From: Nitrospinaceae bacterium
GTDB lineage: Bacteria; Nitrospinota; Nitrospinia; Nitrospinales; Nitrospinaceae
Assembly: GCA_965223665.1 (NCBI GenBank)
Contig: OZ245011.1
Coordinates: forward strand, 288,001-352,000
DNA length: 64,000 nt
Reading direction: 5' to 3'
The position numbers and the translations under genes were made by a program. Under the pieces are notes generated by a model, which ran no database searches, was not told where the DNA came from, and saw nothing but the letters and a program-made list of their open reading frames with translations. Positions 60,103-64,000 of the stretch are shown piece by piece (position 1 is the stretch's first letter; each line of letters begins with the position of its first letter).

Positions 60103-62166
60103 TTGTTTCAACGTTTCATTGAAAAAATAGTTTTTACTTTTTTCGCACTATTTTTAATTTTAGCTATAAGTGCTGGGGGGATATATTTTTCGTTGCGAAA
60201 TGATTTACCCCAATTACCAGACAGTTTAGAAAAAATTAATTTGAGTTTGCCTACAGAAATTTACTCTGTGGATGGAGAAGTTTTAAAAGTCTTGGGACAA
60301 AGGCATCCGGTTCCAATTGAACAAATCTCTCCTTTTTTTACTAAAGCTATTATTGCCGTGGAAGATTCTCGGTTTTACTCACACAACGGCTTGGATCACC
60401 TGGGTTTAGCACGTGCGCTTTGGCGAAATTTATTGGCCGGTGGGATTCGTCAGGGAGGAAGCACTATCACTCAGCAATTATCGAAGAATATGTTTTTTTC
60501 TTTTGAAAGAAAATGGGTGAGGAAAATAAAAGAATTATTAGTGGCATTACAATTAGAAGCGACGTTTTCAAAAGAAGAAATACTGGAAGCTTATTGTAAT
60601 CAAGTTTATTTTGGAAGTGGAGCTTATGGGGTGGAAGAGGCCGCGCAAATATATTTTGGGAAACGAGCTAAAGAGTTGACCCTTTTTCAAGCTGCCTTAT
60701 TAGCGGGTTTGCCAAACTCTCCAAACAATTCTAATCCATTTAAAAATATAGACCGAGCTTTAAAAAGAGCACAATATGTATTGTCGCGAATGTATAGAAC
60801 TAAATTTATTACTAAATGGGAAATGGAACATGCTGTTGAGGACGAATTGGATCTCCAGCCCCCACGTAAAGATTCCAACCCCAACCAATATTTTGTTCAG
60901 CATGTAATTGAAAAATTAGAAAAGGATTACGGAAAAGAATTTGTTCACTTTGGTGGCCTACGGGTATTTACTACTTTGGATACAAGATATCAATTTATGG
61001 CGGCCAAGGCGGCAGAAAATCATTTGAAGGTTTTAGATAATCTTTTTCCAAAGGATGAAAATAGTAAAAATCAGAGGCTTCAAACTGCCATTGTTACAAT
61101 TGAAAATAAAACAGGGGCGATTCGGGTAATGTTGGGTGGAAGAAAATATTCTGAAAGCCAGTTCAATCGTGCCACGTCAAATAATCGTATGCCGGGTTCT
61201 TCATTTAAGCCTATAGTTTATCTTTCTGCAATGGAGAACTTGGGGATTTCTCCTGCAACCGTTGTAAAGGATGAGCCTTCTACTTTTAAAATTCCAGGAA
61301 GTCCACCGTGGAAGCCAAAAAATTTCAATGATAAATATTCGGGTGATTTGATCCTAAAAAAAGCATTGATGAAATCTCTCAATGTTGTTTCAGCCAAACT
61401 AGTTTATGAATTAACACCAAGAAGAGTAATAGAAACTGCCCACCAGATGGGAATCGCAAGTCGACTTGGAAATAACTTATCTTTAGCTTTGGGAACTTCA
61501 GGCATCTCACCCTTAGAGTTAGCTACAGCCTATAGCGTAATTGCAAATTTAGGAATTCTAAATGAACCCTATTTTATAAAAAAGATTGAAGACTATAGAG
61601 GAAATACCTTGTTTGAGCATTTCTTTTATGGAGTTCAACGTTTTTCACCTAAGGCAATGTATCCCCTCTTGGATATGATGGTTGGGGTGGTAGAAAATGG
61701 AACCGGGCGAAATGTTCGTAAACTAGGTTTTAAACATCCAGCAGGTGGAAAAACAGGAACATCAAATGACTATAAAGATGCTTGGTTTAATGGTTTTACT
61801 CGGGATCTTTCAACTTCAGTTTGGGTTGGATATGACAATAATTCACCTATGATTGATAAAAGAAATCGAGGCCTAACGGGGGGAGTCGCTGCAGCCCCAA
61901 TTTGGGCTTATTTTATGAAAAGAGTTTTATCCAATCAAACTCCTGTTAATTTTCCAATCCCAGAGGGAATTCGTATGGTTGCGGTAGATTCAAAAAATGG
62001 ATATCTCCCCAGCCCGGATACTAAAGAAAAAATGGAAGTGGCGATTAAAAAAGAAGTCATTATTACCTTACCCCCCTCGGGAAATGATTCAACTTCCTCG
62101 TGGAAGGGAAATGAGCCGCAAATAACAACTGCGCCAATTGAGGAATCCGGTGTACCAGAGCTTTAA
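60103..62166 (+). CDS. Class A penicillin-binding protein (PBP1A family)
   Basis: EDSRFYSHNG and QGGSTITQQL (transglycosylase); SSFK, SLN and KTG (transpeptidase). Confidence 0.95.
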   Translation: MFQRFIEKIVFTFFALFLILAISAGGIYFSLRNDLPQLPDSLEKINLSLPTEIYSVDGEVLKVLGQRHPVPIEQISPFFTKAIIAVEDSRFYSHNGLDHLGLARALWRNLLAGGIRQGGSTITQQLSKNMFFSFERKWVRKIKELLVALQLEATFSKEEILEAYCNQVYFGSGAYGVEEAAQIYFGKRAKELTLFQAALLAGLPNSPNNSNPFKNIDRALKRAQYVLSRMYRTKFITKWEMEHAVEDELDLQPPRKDSNPNQYFVQHVIEKLEKDYGKEFVHFGGLRVFTTLDTRYQFMAAKAAENHLKVLDNLFPKDENSKNQRLQTAIVTIENKTGAIRVMLGGRKYSESQFNRATSNNRMPGSSFKPIVYLSAMENLGISPATVVKDEPSTFKIPGSPPWKPKNFNDKYSGDLILKKALMKSLNVVSAKLVYELTPRRVIETAHQMGIASRLGNNLSLALGTSGISPLELATAYSVIANLGILNEPYFIKKIEDYRGNTLFEHFFYGVQRFSPKAMYPLLDMMVGVVENGTGRNVRKLGFKHPAGGKTGTSNDYKDAWFNGFTRDLSTSVWVGYDNNSPMIDKRNRGLTGGVAAAPIWAYFMKRVLSNQTPVNFPIPEGIRMVAVDSKNGYLPSPDTKEKMEVAIKKEVIITLPPSGNDSTSSWKGNEPQITTAPIEESGVPEL

Positions 62167-63703
62167 ATATTTCTTCATTCGACTTGGGTTATCATTTTTG
62201 TTTTTATTGACCACAGGTTACGTGGTTTTATTTTTTATCCATGAAGTGGCAATGGAAGGATTACCCGTTAATGATTTGTCCATAAAATGGATGCTTTTAT
62301 TTTTGAGCCTATTTACTGGGTTTTTTCTTTATGGAGTCTTTGGAGATTATCAATTCAAAAAAGCCATTTCTGAAGTTAAAAATATAGATTTTCGAGAAGC
62401 TGGAGAGGAAATGGTTTCTCGATTTAAAACATTATTTCGATTTACAGAGTCATCTTACTTTTTGCCAGCGAAAGGTCGCCAATTAAGAGAGGAAATCACT
62501 TTAGACTATGCCAATTTTTTAATGAATCTTGGGCGCGAAGATGAAGAAGCTCTCAATATATATTTAAAAGCTTATCTTTTAGCTCCTGATGAAGAGCAAT
62601 TTAGAAATGTTTTGGTCTCGATTTTAACAAATAAAGAAAAACTTTCGGAAAATGAGATTGATTTACTAATAATAATCTTAAAAAAAGAAAATTTTAAAGG
62701 TACTGAGATTGTTAATCACTTGGTCAGTATATTATTGGCTAAAAAATCGATTGGAACTAAAACCGAAGGAGTATATTTAAGTGCCTTAAAACAACAAAGT
62801 GACCATTCAGAAGAAATAGTGGAATTTTGGTTGCCTATTTTACTAAAACAAAACCGAGCGGATCACTTTGCGATTCAATTTTATTTAAATGCGTTTGAAA
62901 GGATAAATCCTGAATATTATAAGCATATGGTGGATTTAATTGGTGCATGCTATTTAGATAAACGATTTAAGATTATGGACCCTGAGTTGCATGATCGATG
63001 CAAGTCGTTTTTTGAAAGGCTTGAACCAGAAATTCGAGAACGAATTATTAGGTTTTTTAGAAATCAAAATATTTCTGAGCGTTGGAAGAGAGTTCGTTTG
63101 TTTCGATCGGAAGATAAGCGACTTTTAAAAACAGCTAAAACGGTTGTTGGGTTAGATGTGGGGAGTGGATCTCCGGTCAAGGATGCTTTCATTTCATTAC
63201 TGAAGGGATTGTTATTTAGTGTATTTGATGCACTGAACTGGATTGGTTCCTTAAAGTGGAAATATAAACTTTTAATAATTTTATTGGCAATTTCTTTAAT
63301 TTTGGCAGGTAAGTATTGGGTGAGTTTTGAATCCCTGTTTCCTCCGGACCCTACAACAACTCCAATTAACAAATCGCCTGAGGTTGTAAGTCCTGAAGAT
63401 GCCTTAGTGACCATTCATACCCTTCAAATTGCTGCTGTAACTTCCCAGTCTCAGGCGAATAAAATAATGCGCAAATTGAAAAAAAATAAAATTAAGGGAG
63501 TTTATCTAATTAAAACCAAACGGGAGTCGGGAGGCTTTTGGTATAAAATTAGGTTAGGGAAATTTAGCAACAAACAAAAAGCTCAACAATATGCCGCGAG
63601 CTTAATTGAACAAAAATTGATTCGCAATTATTTTATTATCTCTTTGGGTGAAACCCGTTTGTCTCAAAAAAATAATTTACCATTAGAACCTAAACAAAAA
63701 TAA
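62138..63703 (+). CDS. Membrane protein with C-terminal SPOR domain
   Basis: TM helices, helical cytoplasmic region, HTLQIAAV..WYKIRLGKFSNKQKA; start uncertain (TTG 62138 or GTG 62150). Confidence 0.75.
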   Translation: MRNPVYQSFKYFFIRLGLSFLFLLTTGYVVLFFIHEVAMEGLPVNDLSIKWMLLFLSLFTGFFLYGVFGDYQFKKAISEVKNIDFREAGEEMVSRFKTLFRFTESSYFLPAKGRQLREEITLDYANFLMNLGREDEEALNIYLKAYLLAPDEEQFRNVLVSILTNKEKLSENEIDLLIIILKKENFKGTEIVNHLVSILLAKKSIGTKTEGVYLSALKQQSDHSEEIVEFWLPILLKQNRADHFAIQFYLNAFERINPEYYKHMVDLIGACYLDKRFKIMDPELHDRCKSFFERLEPEIRERIIRFFRNQNISERWKRVRLFRSEDKRLLKTAKTVVGLDVGSGSPVKDAFISLLKGLLFSVFDALNWIGSLKWKYKLLIILLAISLILAGKYWVSFESLFPPDPTTTPINKSPEVVSPEDALVTIHTLQIAAVTSQSQANKIMRKLKKNKIKGVYLIKTKRESGGFWYKIRLGKFSNKQKAQQYAASLIEQKLIRNYFIISLGETRLSQKNNLPLEPKQK

Positions 63704-63712
63704 TTCAATATT

Positions 63713-64000
63713 ATGAGTTTAAATTTAAATTATGAAAATGTTAAATCTCTTGTTTTAGAAGAAGAGATACAAAGCTTGCAACCTGAAGTGACTCGTTTGC
63801 ACAATGATTTAGAAAAAGGACAGGGACTGGGTAAAGAGTTTCTCGGATGGTTGCATTTGCCATCGCAAGTTTCTAAAGAATCCATAAAGGAAATAAAAGA
63901 GACAGCGATGAAAATTCAAAATGATTGCGATGTATTTATTTGTATTGGGATTGGTGGATCTTATTTAGGGGCGCAAGCAGCATACTCATTTTGTTTGCCC
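63713..64000 (+). CDS. pgi: Glucose-6-phosphate isomerase, N-terminal part (runs off the window end)
   Basis: Manual translation MSLNLNYENV...GKEFLGWLHLP...CIGIGGSYLGAQAA; not in the ORF track. Confidence 0.9.
   Translation, partial: MSLNLNYENVKSLVLEEEIQSLQPEVTRLHNDLEKGQGLGKEFLGWLHLPSQVSKESIKEIKETAMKIQNDCDVFICIGIGGSYLGAQAAYSFCLP

Overview
A low-GC, gene-dense bacterial chromosomal segment made up mostly of housekeeping genes. No rRNA, tRNA, CRISPR array, transposase, integrase or prophage is recognisable. The gene content suggests a motile, diderm, reductive-TCA-type chemolithoautotroph, most plausibly Nitrospinota/Nitrospirota-like; this is an inference, not a database result. The clues are an Aquificae/Nitrospira-type 2-oxoacid:ferredoxin oxidoreductase (alpha-beta-gamma-epsilon), sucCD, a complete F1Fo atp operon, fliD/fliS, a holB-ricT-metG-tatD block, a UbiD-family decarboxylase, uvrA, hemB, PBP1A and pgi. 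The most unusual observations are: (1) a 96-aa membrane-anchored protein that looks like a stand-alone FliF C-terminal FliG-binding module, encoded behind a J-protein with only one zinc centre; (2) a TPR-like protein plus DUF512-like radical SAM gene pair, flanked by a Cys-rich mini-lipoprotein, a small beta-rich protein with an SD-occluding hairpin and a sigma54-driven unknown gene; (3) a TetR-OsmC module with three readable operators; (4) a PTPS-II-type rather than QueD-type pterin synthase beside folE; (5) an ATP synthase c subunit with an Ala-substituted Gly zipper and only one b-type gene; (6) a TatD-radical SAM fusion; (7) a DUF4175-metallopeptidase/TPR-MoxR operon followed by a lysin-like amidase. 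All calls were made by eye from motifs; no searches were run.
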